The position numbers and the translations under genes are program-made. The notes under the pieces were generated by a model. It was not told the DNA's origin and did no database searches. It worked only from the letters and a program-made list of their open reading frames with translations. From positions 62,001 to 126,000 of the forward strand of contig CT867998.1 of NCBI GenBank assembly GCA_000165425.1: DNA of 64,000 bases, in the 5' to 3' direction. Position 1 is the first letter of the stretch. Each line of letters opens with the position of its first letter. Shown in pieces: positions 12,227-27,937 of this stretch. The stretch comes from Paramecium tetraurelia. Lineage: Eukaryota.

Positions 12227-14164
12227 AAGAAAATATAAGCATCATTTATATTATTATGAAAAGATAAATATTTTTATCCATTTTCTCTAATGAACACTAT
12301 TTTCATAGTTTTGCTTATACGCAATATTAATAATTGAATTTATATTATTTATTTATTTTTAAAGGAATTAATAGCGATTAAGTGTTAAACTATTAATAAG
12401 AAATTATGAGCAAATATAAATCTATCAGAAACCATCGCAAAATTATTATGTGGAAATGCAAGACTCTTTATTATGTTTAGACCCTAATAGTATTCTATTA
12501 ATTCTTCAATATCTGTGATGTCCGATTCTAAATTAATTAAAACATTATACAAAACCTCTAAACCCGAATATGCAAATCTATGCCGAATATATAATTTATT
12601 AATAAATATAATCTAATGAAGAATTCAGTAGATATTATATGTAGAGTCCACACTAAAATTAGTTTAACAATTGTATTGGAGTTTATATTAATTTGATAAA
12701 TTTTATTTTATTTCAATGATAATTTACCTCCAAACTTAATAGATAATCTATAATTTTAATCAAACCACTCTGGTAGTTTCTCGTTCAAATACTAAACTTT
12801 ATGCAAGTATCTTATTTGAGCCGTCTTTAGGATTTCAATAAATATACCTTTACAAATGTCACCATTTTGGATAAATCAATTCTTATTCATCCATATAACA
12901 CTTTATCTCTATGATAACCCTTTTCAAAGTCATATAAATAATTTATAAATAGTATATTTGACAAAATACAATTAAATGTTGCATTAACAAGTTGGATCAT
13001 AACAGCCTATTAGCAATCCATATTTTAGATATATAAATAGCATTATTATTGTTTCAGTCTTTAGGTAACAAGTTGACATCATTGGATCAAAGTTAAATGC
13101 CATAATAAGAATCAATCCTTCATTTGATGAAAAGAAGGAGAATAAGCCATCAAAAATATAAAGCAAAAAAATTACTAAAATTAAATTGTAAATTTACTAA
13201 AGTACCAATAAAAGTAATTCTTCACCCTAAACACTTCAATAAAGGTCTAACTTAAATAATAAATGTGTTTTATTAGAAATTTTAATGAGAATAACAGCGA
13301 AAGATAATATTATGGACAAAATAAATCATAATTACTAATATGTTTCAGTTCAATTTGGACGAAAGTGAATTGCTAATGCAAATAGGCATTTAATAACTTG
13401 AAACCTTATTCCATAAATATGAATTCTGAGAATATAACTTTACATTAAGTGTCTATTTATTGTTATGAATAAAGCAAAAAACCTTTTTTTTCTCCTAGAT
13501 TTTGGATTGGACCTTATTGTAATAAGTTTGAAGTGTAAAAAATAATAAGTTTTCATAATCTATATACGATTTTCTTAACAATTTTTTATACATATGATAC
13601 AGGATACAAATATTAGCATTCCCTAATTGTTTCAACAATCACCATCGACTAACATGATTAAATTTATTTGACCTGTTAAGAAATTTCAAACCTAAATATA
13701 CTAATTGTGTTTTAAAGATATACAAAATAGTATTTAAAAAAAGTTTAAAACAGAATTATCAAAAAGCAAAAAATGGTTGACATGTTTAAAGCTATTAATT
13801 TAAATGATAATATAAAAATATATTGTGTTTAATCTAAAGATAATATAATTATTGGAAGTCCATAAATTGAAGCATATATTAATCTATTTAAGTAATCCAT
13901 AATACAGATAGACGATAAAAGATATGAGTAGCATTAATATAAATATTAGTTATTTGAGTTTACATTAAAATTTCTAATTGACTTCAATGAACGATCTCAT
14001 CTATTGATCAAAATTACAAACAATCTTTGATCATCTATTTTAATGATATGTTTAAGGATTGAAATATTAATCTGATATCTAATTGTTGAGAAGTGTATTA
14101 GATGTGTAATAGTGCCTATTGTACAATAATATTAATTATAATAATTTATCTAATTCAGATATAT

Positions 14165-17100
14165 ATGAATTCTTAAAAATCACAAGAATGTGAAGGTTTC
14201 AGGTTGATAGATGTTGATAGTTCGTACAAGAAGATAAAGGAATTTTAGGAGAGTTAAGAATTGATTAATTTGGATGATTCATGCATTTAGAAGGTAAGAG
14301 GAGAAGTATTAATATGTAGATGGCTCAAAATGACGAATGGATTGATTGTTTATGTATTTTGGAAATAGAATTAAAAGCAATATTGTTGGACAGAGTTAAC
14401 AACATATCCATTTTGCCGCAATATTTGAGACAAAGATTATAACCATTCATTATATTTATTATGAACTAAATGTATAATATTTTCTATGAATTAGAGTATT
14501 TATTCAGAATCGAATGAAGTTACAATGTTATCTAAATGAGATTCTATTTTTGGTTTAGAAATTGGCATTCAAAATATGGAAACAATATCCTATTTAATCG
14601 CTTCAATTCTTTTATTTGGTGATTCCATCACATGTTACCTAATTTTACAACAGTCGAGTATCGGAATTATTAATTTATAAATCTCTCATCAATCAGTTCT
14701 ATTATGAGAGACAGGTTTACGGCATCTAAAACTAAGCTGAGAGTTACATTAGCAATTCTCAAATACAATTATTTTACCCTCTTCAATAGGAGATTCTCAG
14801 TCAACGCAACTTAGCCGAGAATGTGCTTAGTTTTTCACCATTTTTACGTATGCAAATTCATTACTTTTATAAGAATGGTGGTTTTGAACGTATAAATGAA
14901 TCTTTATCTAATTTCACTCTCAAACATATAGATGCCTTATCTCTTTTAAGTTATTTTAAAACTAATATCAATGAAAAAATATTTACGACTTTCTTTCAAC
15001 ACATTAACTATTAATAAGTTGCCTTTTAATTGTGTGATGAAGATATTAAAAATGCGAGCAAAGAAACATTCGCAAAATTTAATGCATACATCGCAAACCT
15101 AATATCATTCGTTACTTCCTTTTCAGAGCAAAAGGCTTAGATAAATCTAGTGTATATGACTATTTATTTGCAATGCCTCCGTTGTTCTTCACTCCAGAAA
15201 CGTATATATGGTAATCAGCATAAAATGTATTTTATTAGGATTGCAATCACTGTCCAACATGATCGACACACAGGGAAGTTATATTCAGTATTCGTAGGTG
15301 ACCAGAAACTTCTTGAAATTCCTTGTGGATAATCAAGTGTTCTAGGATTTATTCGGAGAGAAAACCCATTTTGAATTGATCAAACGATCCTTCCCTCTAA
15401 TTAAACTCCTTTATGAGAATAAAAGTTTAAAAAGAGAGGAATTAATTAGTATTCTCAGATTGGCCAGAGGTAAACATGAGACCTGGATTAATATAATTTC
15501 AACCTTATTATAGGATCTTGCAGAAATATTAAATTTGGAAGATATTCAGATCTTGTTGCAAAATATCCAGTCCAACTAAATCGGTTTGGATGGTCTCAAT
15601 TTCATAAAGAGTTTGGGTCGAAACAAATACCTAAACAACAGGTAAGATGCCCAAGACTCCAATGTCACTGATAATAAGTATAAAAAATAAAAGCTTACTG
15701 ATGAAGATTACAAGGTGATATCAGTTGGGAATTGTGAAGATTCTAAAAATTAATGCTAGTCTGATTAACAGAATGCCTAACAATAAACAACCTAATATGA
15801 AGACATTAAGGCCTAAATTGTGGAATACCTATTAAATGTGGTTCATGATCAACATGATACCATCATAGGTGAGACAGCATTTGAGATTGCCACTTAACTA
15901 ATTTGCCGTCAATTCACATTTCTGAGAATCTAATATTTGATGAATGCAATACAGGCGTTGAATTTGGATTAAGCTCAATTGCCTATCCAGAATTACTTTA
16001 ATTTGATAAAAAAAATCATTGAATCCTCCTATCCGATTGAGCAATTCTCCAATCCGGATGATGTGTTGAATTGGATGTAGTAATAGTATAATTTAAAAAT
16101 CAACTTTTTGAATTTGATAAAAAGAGAAAAATTAAAGTATCTTTATAGAGAGGAAAAAGAATACTTGTAGGTGATTATTCAATGTGTTAATTTCTATAAA
16201 TTTTTACATAAGAATAGTAAAATTAAACAATATGAATTATAGATACTATGGAAATTGCTAGTTGAAAATGCAAGATGTTTGGAGGAGAGAGACTTGTTTT
16301 TCGACTGGTTCTATGAATAACTAAATTTAGATTATGATGCAATGATGTGGTTATTCATCAAAATAATCAAATAAATTCCATTGTCATAATCAATGCTTAG
16401 ATGTTTAATAAAATTGGTTCTGTATTACAATCAAAAATACAAGTTATTTAAAGTGAAATATGAGAACTATCAATTAAATAACTACGATCTGATAGGTCTT
16501 AACATATTGTGGAGGATATTTCACACTCACCCTGATTTGTACAATCAACTCTCCGAATTCTTCATTAAACTATTAAAGATGGATCAATACCCTGATGTGC
16601 TCAATCATTTGAAACAGCAATATCTAGATGAACTCTTTTCACACATCCAAAATCCCACTTCTATCTAATTTGTTCTACAACTATTGGAAGAGTTTGAAGG
16701 ATACAAGATGATTGAATAAGAAGAGAAGATTATTGTAACAATCCTTAACAAGTGTGCAAATGCCTTGAATCCCAAAAAATAGGAAATCTAATTGCAATCT
16801 AATACACAGGTTTATTAGGCTAAACAATTCATAGGAAAGAAATTGAACCCTTCGATGAAACCAGAAGAATTTGATATCTTTTGCAGAGGCTCCTTGTTCA
16901 AAGACAATAAGACCCTCAAAGATTACAAGGTGAACGAGAAGTTAACCTTCACCGTCACAAATAAATAGGGTTTCAATAACGACTTTGAACCTTGTGAACA
17001 ATATGACTTAGATGTCCATGAGAAAGTGAATAAGATTCTAGACATTGTCGACATTCAGAACAAAAACTTTATCATATCAGTTTTGAAGGATAAGAACTTT

Positions 17101-20100
17101 GATGTAGAAAATACCATAGGAGAACTCATTGACCGAGGCGATTAATTATATAATGAGTATCAATAGAAGAATCTGAATAGAGCACCACCTCCAAAAAAAA
17201 TAGAAACCAACACTTCGTTTTCTTTTCTAATTTCAAATTAATATATAGATTAATTATTCAACTTATTGAATTGCAACAACCAACAATTGAATACTAAAAT
17301 ATGGAGTATCTTGCAAATGATTCCCAGTAATCAGGAAGTATATTAATTAATTGAATAATCACAGAATGATTGGAGTAAGTTGTTAGTTGTTGATAACAAA
17401 TATCGATTACAATATCATTTACAAATATTAAGGGAATAATTGTCATGTGATTGTGTAGAAGATGAAGATAATTACAGAATATTGAGATATAATTTCATAT
17501 AAATTGGTGGTTTACAACTGTTATTGAACAATCTTGATAACCCATTAGAAATATTACTCATAATATTTTATATATTTCATATGTATTTGAATATTTATGC
17601 TGCCAATTAACTCACAGACAATAGTTATTTGATGCTTCTTAAACCAAAAACCAATGATCAAGTTATGAGTAATTTTGCTTCCTAGGACATCATTCAAGAC
17701 TATTAGTCTTAATCATTATTTAAATTTTAAATTTTTGATATTGAGATCAACTGGGAGAATTTATTGAATAAATTATTCAATTGGATAGGTATTGAACGAT
17801 GCTACACCACTATACTCAGTATACTATTTGTTTAACCTACTTTATTGAATTGCTAATTTCCAATTAATTAATTGCTAAATTTATTGAATAATCCTTTGTT
17901 GGAACAACGTAAATTGGCAGCAAATTTCATAGTCACATTAAATGATCTTGGCATTAAATTTGGATACAACTTGAGCGTTCAATTTCTGCCAATATTGATT
18001 TAAGGACAGACTGAATACGAAGAATTATTCATAGTTATTGCAGATTTAATTGATTAAACAAACGACGTGTCCTTTTTGTAAACTCAGGAATTGGGTTTGA
18101 AAATCATAAATTTCATTTTGAATAGGCCAATAATTGAATCACCATTTATGGAGAACGAAGATAAAGTATTATAAGGTAATTTAGTGTTGCTGATATCTTT
18201 GTTGAAGAAGGATTAAGACTTATAAAATAATCTAATTGATAATCAATTTTCTAAATATATTTATGAGTGTTTGTTTGAAATGCACAACAATTATTTACTC
18301 TACCCAGTGTATAAGAGGAGTAATACAAGGAAGAGAGCTTTCGATTTATTGTTAGAGTTAAGCAAAGTCTAAATGCATCTCTATTAAATACTAGATCTAA
18401 TTCAAATCAATCAGCAAACCAGAACAAGTTCTCAAGAATTAAATTCAGAATTTGGCATCAAAAGAGAACATGGATTTGTAGGTCTCTGCAACTTAGGAGC
18501 GACTTGCTATATCAATTCGTTACTTTAGCAATTGTTTATGAATATCCAATTTCGAAAAGGTATTTTGAATGGGCAAATTCTCATCAAGACTGAGCTTGGA
18601 ATGTAACTCATAATAACAAATTACGCTAATCAAGAGCAGATCGAAAGTTTGAATGAACACACCTTATTCCAGTTGTAATTGGTATTCATTTAACTCTAAG
18701 AATCAGTCAAGCAATACATCAATCCCAACTAGTTTATTAAGACACTCAAAGGCTTTGATGGTTAATAGATCAACCCTCTGATTCAGGAGGATTGCAATGA
18801 ATTCTTTAATTTGTTAACTGGAAAGTTAGAATAGGATTTGAAGCATACTGTCGAATAGAATCTCATACAACAGAGTTTTGGAGGTACTTTGGTAAATGAA
18901 ATCAAGTCATTGGAATCTGATTGTGACTTTTCGAAGGAAACAGAAGAGCCCTTTTTGACTGTTTCTGTTGAGATCAAAAATAAAAAGAGTTTGTATGAGG
19001 CATTGGACTTGTTTGTAAAATCTGATGTTTTGGATGGGGAAAATCAATACTTTTGTGATGAAGTCTAACGTAAAATCGATGCAGAAAAGAGATGTTACTT
19101 CACAAAGTTACCCAAAACTTTCATTTTCCATCTTAAACGATTTGAATTTGATTTCAATACCAACACTCGTAGCAAGATAAATGATTATTGGGAATTCCCC
19201 TTAGAACTCAATATGTTCAAATGGACTCGTGATAATATTGTTGAACATCAATAATTGGAGGATTTCACAGAGTATATGTATGTTTTGAAGGGTGTTCTTG
19301 TTCACACAGGAAGTGCTGAAGGAGGCCATTACTTCTCCTACATTAGAGATGGTAAAAATCAATGGTTTGAATTCAATGATAAGTTGATCACTCCCTTTGA
19401 TACTCAGAACTTGAAGGAGAAATGCTTTGGAGGCAATCAAAGTAATGAGTGGGGAATACCTAATAGCAAGAATGCCTATATGTTGTTTTATGAGAAAGAG
19501 AAGTAGGCTAATTAGTAGAAGATCAACCAAAACAAAATAGAAATCGAGAGTGAGGATGAGGATATTAACATAGAACAGTTGAGAAAGTAGGTTATCAAGT
19601 AGAATACACAGTATTTAGAAAACAAATTGTTGAATGCTCAAGAATATGTGAGTTTTGTTTAGAGACTGGTGTAAGTAGGTATGGAGAGTAACTAAATTCA
19701 ATCACTTGCACAATTGCTTCAATTGTTCACCATCTTCACTTTCTCATAGTTTTTGAAGAACAAGGACATCTAGTAATTTTAGAATAGCCTCAAAATTCTC
19801 AACAACTCCTATAATCAAAACAATTCAACATGTGTATGGTTACTTGATTATTTTAGATTCAACAAGGAAATGTTGATTCACAGTTTAATTGAACATCAAT
19901 TAGTTGAAATTGCTTAATTCTTGAATTTAGTGATTGAATAAGCTGGTGCATATGATTCATCGAGTATATAGCCATTCTTTTAGTTTTATCTAAGTGAATT
20001 GCTACCCATTGCAAGTAAAAATCATAAGAATGGAGTTTACTATTTTGAGGTGATCAGTTATAATATCGATAGACATGAAGCTTTGCTCAATTTGTTAATG

Positions 20101-20996
20101 CAGGATGGTTACTTCCATAAGTTTTATGAAATACTAATAGATAAATTGAAATCAAATTCTCCCTCAAATTATTTGTTAAAGGAGGATTCTATGATCCTAA
20201 TTTGCGAAATATTGGGTAAGATAATTAGATACTGTTAGACAGTTGGCATGTTATCGAACCAAGACTGTCCAACCTATTTGCATAAGGGATCAGTAATGTT
20301 TGAGTTAGATCAATTGTGGATTGAAGAATTGTTTTAGTAGAATCACTTTAGAAAGTACATCTTATCCATGGTTAAACATCAAAAGCAATTGATTTAGATG
20401 ATCAAACATATTTGTTGGAATGACCAAGGTGTCAGTAACAAAGTCATTTAGGAAATTCTGATTCAAATATTGGACAATGACAATTCATGGTCTTCATTGG
20501 AGAAGATAAGGGAGGTCTTAAAGGAAATCCTGCTTATGGAGGATGGATTGCAATAGACTAGAATCATATTGATATTCTCATATGACTAAAGTGGTGAATC
20601 GAAAACCGCTAGAGCCAATACATTAATAGAGATCATATCGAAAGACGATCTGGATTACACGATAGGAATTATCTGCATGTTAGCTGAACTGGGTTTTAAT
20701 GTGGTTGCTTTGGCTGAATATTTGAATTCAAACAAGGGGGATTATGAGTTCCTATTGTACAAATTAAAGGATATCATGACTATTTCATAGCGCTTTTTTT
20801 ATCCAATTGTGTAGATCCGAAAAGCCATTGAATAGGTAATCATAATGTTATTATCAAAAAGTTGCAAAGCATTTTCTAAACACAGGTTGAGATCAATGTT
20901 GAAGATGACAATCGACGATAATCGGATGAGGAATCGAAATGCTTAAGTACTCAAGTGCAATAAGATTTGGAAGATACTAATCAAATTTCATAATGA
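14165..20996 (+). CDS. Large ubiquitin carboxyl-terminal hydrolase (USP9X/USP24/USP34-like peptidase C19)
   Basis: Cys box GFVGLCNLGATCYINSLLQQLFM (~18470-18540), QEDCNEFF, His box GVLVHTGSAEGGHYFSYI..WFEFND..NAYMLFYEK; a few tiny introns. Confidence 0.93.
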
Positions 20997-21027
20997 ATTA
21001 AAATATATAATTAATAATATAAATTAA

Positions 21028-22764
21028 ATGGCATCAGCTTTTCCCAAATTGCCAGGTTTTGTGCCCACCCAAGATATTGATGTAATTGAATAGTAATAAC
21101 TTGCATTAGAAACCGAACTTCAGAAAAGTCTCATCCACTAAACAAGAATAGAATAGAGAAGTCAATCATCTTCCAAATAAGGAATATGCAGTACCTCGTA
21201 AACAACCAATTCAAATACCTCCTCAAAGTGGCATGTTCAATCCTGATTATATGAGTACTACTCATGCAATGCATCTCCCCAAAGTATAAAAAACAGTTAC
21301 ACTCTTTTAGAATGTAACCAATGACTCTGAAGAATTGTATCAGCCATCTTGGGTGAAAATGGATAGACATGTTCTACGATTCAGCGGCTATTTCAAAGAA
21401 GCTGTGGTCGAGTCTGCACTTGAAAATTACAGAATTCGCAAAATCACCATCTGTTACTACCTTGAGGATCACTCCTTAAGCATAACCGAACCCAAGTAGG
21501 AGAATAGTGGAGTGCCTCAAGGAGCATTCTTGAAAAGACAGAAAGTATAGTATACTCTACTAACTTAATAGGTTCTACGTGCTGATGATTCCAAGACCTT
21601 CATTCTCCCTGAGGATTTCAGAATCAACCAAGACATCATAATCTTTGGAAAGACAATCCGTCTCTATGATTGTGATCAATACACAAGGGAGTTTTATGAG
21701 GTATCTCACATTCTTTAATTTCACCTAGTTACAAGGCATACCATAACAACCCTCCTTTGCACCTCAGTCTGACTCATTTGAAACCAAGACAATGACTAAG
21801 TTCATTCCTCAAAAAGATACTGTTATGAAAGATTACTTAGAACATAAATTAGGAGGTGGTCGAGTGACATCCTAAAAGCAATTTTTGGAGAATGACAGAA
21901 AGGTTTCATTTAAATTATCTAATCTATAGGTTCTTAAATTCTATGTGTTCTCAGATATCGAATATATTCTACACTACTATCTGGCAGATGACACCATTGA
22001 AATCAAGGAAATCAATTCTGCCAACTCCGGAAGAGTTCCATTTCCCATGATGTTGAGAAGGTAAAAACTCCCCAGGAAGTTCTCACTCAATCAACCTGGA
22101 TAGACTTATGCTGAGGATTTCATCAGACCATAAGATATTCAATACGGACAACCACTCATTATCTATAATCGCAAGTTCTTCATCAATGGTTGTGATCAAT
22201 TCACTAGATATTACTACTTAGAGAAGTTCAACGTAGACTTCCCTTTAGGAGGATAGGAAGAACAAGTGCCATAGGAGAGATCAAGTAATTATAGATAATT
22301 AGAATCTATTTAGACATCATCATCCCTCCTCACAATGGCATTGGAGATGAGTAGGACTCACTCGGGTACATCTACAGGTTGTAACCTAAGCCACCGAAGA
22401 AGGATTTCTTTAAATGGGTTGATAACTAAGTGAATCTTAGATTTCTGGCCATGTTCAACACAACCAAACCAGAAGACAAGGACAGAGTATTTGTAATCAC
22501 TTTCTTCTTAAATGATGACAGTCTTTTGGTCTATGAACCAACAGTGCGAAACTCAGGTATGTGATGATGTTCTCATTCTTATTAGGAATACCTGATGGGA
22601 AGTTCTTGGAAAAGAGAAAGTACAAAAATGTCAATAATAACAATGAGTTCTTCAATCCAAATGATCTCATAGTTGGGAATGAGGTTGTCATAAATGGGTG
22701 GAAATTCCAATTGCTTGATTGCGATGAGTTTACTCAGAAATGGTATGCTCAAAACTTCAAATGA
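21028..22764 (+). CDS. DM10-domain ciliary microtubule inner protein (EFHC1/RIB72-like)
   Basis: PKLPG N-terminus, PSWVKMDRHVLRFSGYFKEAVVES, YYLEDHS..EPKQENSGVPQGAFLKR, repeated DM10 units ending CDQYTR/CDQFTR/CDEFTQ; multiple tiny introns. Confidence 0.9.
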
Positions 22765-22798
22765 GATTCATTAAATAAATAATTTCACATATAAATTA

Positions 22799-23866
22799 AT
22801 GTTTAGCAGTTAAACCCCTAATGCATTTATTCCGAATGCTCAATCCAGATATGTGATATCTCCAAGAATAGGATAATCCATGTAGGTTAATCAGAATTTT
22901 CAATATCATCATCAACTAACAGAATAAGAGAATATCAATTCAAATCCATCGGAACATTTGCATCTGCACCTTCACCATCTAACTAAACTCTATTTTATGA
23001 TGCTCCTATGCTATTTCATTGCCTTGTTTAATTTAGTAGCTTATTTATACTAACTAGATTGATTTTGAATCGATGAATGCATTCTTTAATCAAAATGGAT
23101 ATTTTCTTTATTTGTTTTTAGGAGCACTTCTATTCATATCAGTGTTGTCTCTTGTAATAGATAATTCAATACTCTATATACTATTCGTAATTCTATTCTA
23201 TTTTTTATTTGCCTGCATAAAAGCTGTGAATAACATGAATGTGGCTTTGATGATGATATTCACTTATGGAGGACAAGTGCTCGCCCAATTTTTGAGTGTC
23301 CTATCAGCCAACAATGAGAAAGATTTGTAATTGCATCAATAATCTTTATATATCTTAACAAGTGGTTTGATTGTCTTCTAATTGTTCATAACTTGTTTTG
23401 ACATTGACTTCTTTGAAATGATTGTCATCCTCATAACTGGGTTTGTTTTTGGGTATGCTATTGATAACTATTACTTCTGTATAGATTCTTTTTGGTAATT
23501 TCAACAATGAGCAATGAATCCAGATTCAATGGGAATGCTTTACCTGAAAGCATTAGTATCTATACTAAAATCTTAGTTTAAATTCTAAGGAAGGCTTAAC
23601 AGATAGCAAGTCTTTATTACAAAGATCCTGTGGAGGTGGAAATAAAGTTAATAGAAAGGAATAAGAAGATCGATGAGAATGATTATAAGATGATGAATCA
23701 GAGTGATGCCAAGAATTATCAACACTTGTTGATAAACGCATTGAATGGCTTGGATGGGTTGATTGGATTGAGTGATGGCACCTTCATATATAAAAAAGGA
23801 ATGATTTAATATTCTAATTCCAAATTTGAAGAATGCACCAATGTGGCCATTATGAAATTATAATGA
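22799..23866 (+). CDS. Multi-pass transmembrane protein, unknown function
   Basis: Open in ciliate code with tiny introns; several hydrophobic segments (e.g. YFLYLFLGALLFISVLSLVI). Confidence 0.65.
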
Positions 23867-23870
23867 TTAA

Positions 23871-25547
23871 TCAATTATTATAAAATAATTGTGGCCCAAT
23901 ACTCACTTAACAATACAACTAATTCTAAGGGGACTGAGGTATTAATCGATCCATTCCTGTTTCAAATTCGGAATCTCACCATTCCGCATAGCCACAATCT
24001 GCATAAACTACGAAGCTATCTTTTCCACATGTTGCGTATGCTAAGCAGCATTCTCCTTCTTCCGTATACTCATATTGCACATTCTGGTCGTATAAGAAAT
24101 GCCCTTATTATCAAAGTACTAAGTGATCTATTGGTATGCTTGTCTGTTGATGTATGCGAATCTCATCTTCAACTCTTCAACCTCTTGAGTTTCTTTAGGC
24201 AACATGAAATGGTAGGAGAGTACCTGACTCTACTTGATCTTTATCCTATCCATTTCAGTTACCATTTCCCACTTCTCGATGGGTTCGGTAGTAAAGTATT
24301 TGTGCTTCTTCTTCATCAAATCCTAGAACTCTTTGAGATACCTGGATTAGGCTTTATTTCTATTGGAAATCAATTCCACACACTGATTTTGCATGTCCCT
24401 CTAGAATCTGAAGAACTCATACAGATTTTCATTCAGAGTGTTAGCCAACTTGTTTAAATTGGTGCTCCAATCTACCAAGTATTCCTCCAGTAGAGTGTAC
24501 ACAAATTCCAATAAGGGGAGACTACCAACAATATTTTTTAAATTGAAGGCTTTCGTAGCTTCCTTCAGAGAACCAATGCTTCCTCCTAGATTCTTGACTT
24601 TGACGATGAAATCCTTCATAGAGGCAACCAGAAACCTAGAGTTATCAGTCAACTCTTTGTAGATATCATTAGTGTTCAACATGTAACTATGAATAGTGCT
24701 TGTTATTACTTATTAATGTCCATGAAGTACTTATCCATCATGGGATTGAATTCCAGAATGACCTATCCTTCTTGATTAGCATAATCGCTATATTTGGTTG
24801 GTTGTTTCAACACTGTGGAAGCAGCCAATAATTACTTGAATTTGATATCATCATCTATAAACAAAAAGCCTTCAATAAAATCCGATTGTCTCAACAAATG
24901 GTTATTTAGGATGGCACTCAAGAATTATTCTAACATTTTGCATCTCTTGGAAATGTGTTCTGGAGTGAACTTTCTAAATAGGGTTTTGGCAGGCAATGGT
25001 GGTATCAGACTATCTGGATATTACTACTGTAAGGACTCTTGTAGCCAATAGAAGTGTTCGACTCTTCTCCACACATTGGAACCGAATTGTCCGACAATTA
25101 CACAATAGTTCACGTAATTTGGGGTGAATGTGTTGCCTTCTATTATCTTATATTCTGGGATTCTGGGCTGTATGATAATTTGAGGATTCTCAACGTAATA
25201 CAGGACAATCCTATTGGGAGGCAATTGTTTGCATGAGATGGTCTCTCTGTAGTTTTTCTCATCATTGATTATCACATTTGGTTTGAGTAGGATCTCCTCC
25301 TCAATGCTCATTGTTCTTGTGATATCTTGCATTCATACCTGGTCCTCCTGAATTCGTCATGCTTTTTCTCGACCAAGACCTTGACTTCTGCTTCCAAGGC
25401 CTCATAGCTCCATGAGTCGATCAAATCAAATTGTTCTCCCTTGACTTGACTCAAATGCTGAATCAATTCCTCTTTGGGTATTTTCTCGTAAAGGACTGCT
25501 GCCGACAATAAGTCCTGTTTCTTGAGTCTCTCAAATGTCAAACTCAT
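23871..25547 (-). CDS. PX-domain protein (sorting nexin-like)
   Basis: YVNYCVIVGQFGSNVWRRVEHFYWLQESLQ..YPDSLIPPLPAKT..KRCKMLEQFL PX signature followed by a helical region; 3' end uncertain by ~30 nt. Confidence 0.8.
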
Positions 25548-25699
25548 TCAATACGCAAAAATTAATATTCCATAACATATGTATTTGGATACATTTAATG
25601 AATAATTTTATATTCTTTATAATTTACGCATTTTTATTATAAATCCAAATAATCCTCTCTCTATTTCATTATTTTTTGTGACATTTTTTAAATAAATTA

Positions 25700-26772
<1,073 letters not shown>

Positions 26773-26837
26773 TTATATTAAAATCTCTATTAATTAATTC
26801 AGAAAGAAAAAAGATTTAAAAAATTATTTTAAATAAA

Positions 26838-27312
26838 ATGCCAAAGGGACAGACAACCACTACCCAAAAAGCTTAGAAGGCTGCTAAAAATGCTAGAGTT
26901 GCAAAGAAGGTTATTAGAGCCAGAACTCATTTCCAAAATAGATTCCACACTGCCAAACCTTTGGCACTTGCAAGAAAACCCAGATTCACCAGATTGACCA
27001 GATAATTGAAACCCATTACCAAAGGTTTGGATTTCTAAAATGTCCTCAAACATCCTCTCATTACAGAAAAGGACATGAAGAAGATGGAAGATGAAAATAC
27101 CATGGTCTTCTATGTCAATTAAAAAGCAACTAAACCATAAATCAAAAGAGCATTCTCTAAGATCTACGAAGTCAAAGTCAGAAAAGTCAACGTAATATTT
27201 ACATGCCTATATTCAGATCTTAAATACCTTCGGAGGCAAAAAGAAGGCATACATCAGATTGGGAGGTGAAAACGACGCACTCAATTTGGCCAACAAAATC
27301 GGAATCATCTGA
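26838..27312 (+). CDS. RPL23A: 60S ribosomal protein L23a (uL23)
   Basis: LKHPLITEKDMKKMEDENTMVFYV..KVRKVN..GKKKAYIRL..DALNLANKIGII; one intron near 27192-27217. Confidence 0.97.
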
Positions 27313-27393
27313 GTGACAAAGTCATTTTATTGCATAGTAAAATATATATATATATAAATATATCTATTATTTTTTATATTATTCGTTAAATTT

Positions 27394-27918
27394 ATGAACA
27401 CTACTATCCGTAAATTGTATACTTTCAAAAAGAAATAGAAGAGCTTCGACAAAACCTTTGGTGCCAAATATGTCCAAGATTTACTCAACAATATAGTTGT
27501 CCAGAAAATAGACTTTTCAGCAACCCCGGAAATCTGCAAAACCGAAGAAGATCTTGATCTGGATGATCTTATAATACATGACATCTCAAAAACGGAAGGC
27601 CCTGAAGAAGATCTCCTTCCCATAGATGATTTATCACAAAAATTGAATGATCTTGTAAGTCCCAGGAAGAAATTAGTCACCTTTGATTCAGATAACTATA
27701 GACTCATTTATAGATTAAAGAAATCTAAATCCAAACTCATTGTTGTACCTTGCAAAGTCTCAAAACGCACCTTCAAAATGACTGATCAAGACCTCCAATT
27801 TCAATAGTTATTTGACCAATCCAATTTCCAATTTTAACCTCCAAATGAATTGGATTTCTTGATCCCCTTTAATGACTTTTACTAAAAAATAAATGAAATC
27901 GTCCTCAATCAACTGTGA
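27394..27918 (+). CDS. Hypothetical protein
   Basis: ATG-to-TGA open frame in ciliate code with coding-like composition. Confidence 0.6.
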
Positions 27919-27937
27919 ATAGATATTATTTTATTAT

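Noticed and set aside
12400..13800. Possible remnant of a transmembrane-protein gene on the minus strand
   Set aside because: Only scattered hydrophobic and Cys fragments, many stops, no frame or family I can support
23891..24457. 188-aa plus-strand ORF, and similar track ORFs at 39561-40058, 31955-32263 and 57090-57392
   Set aside because: Opposite-strand or off-frame shadows of real genes read in the ciliate code
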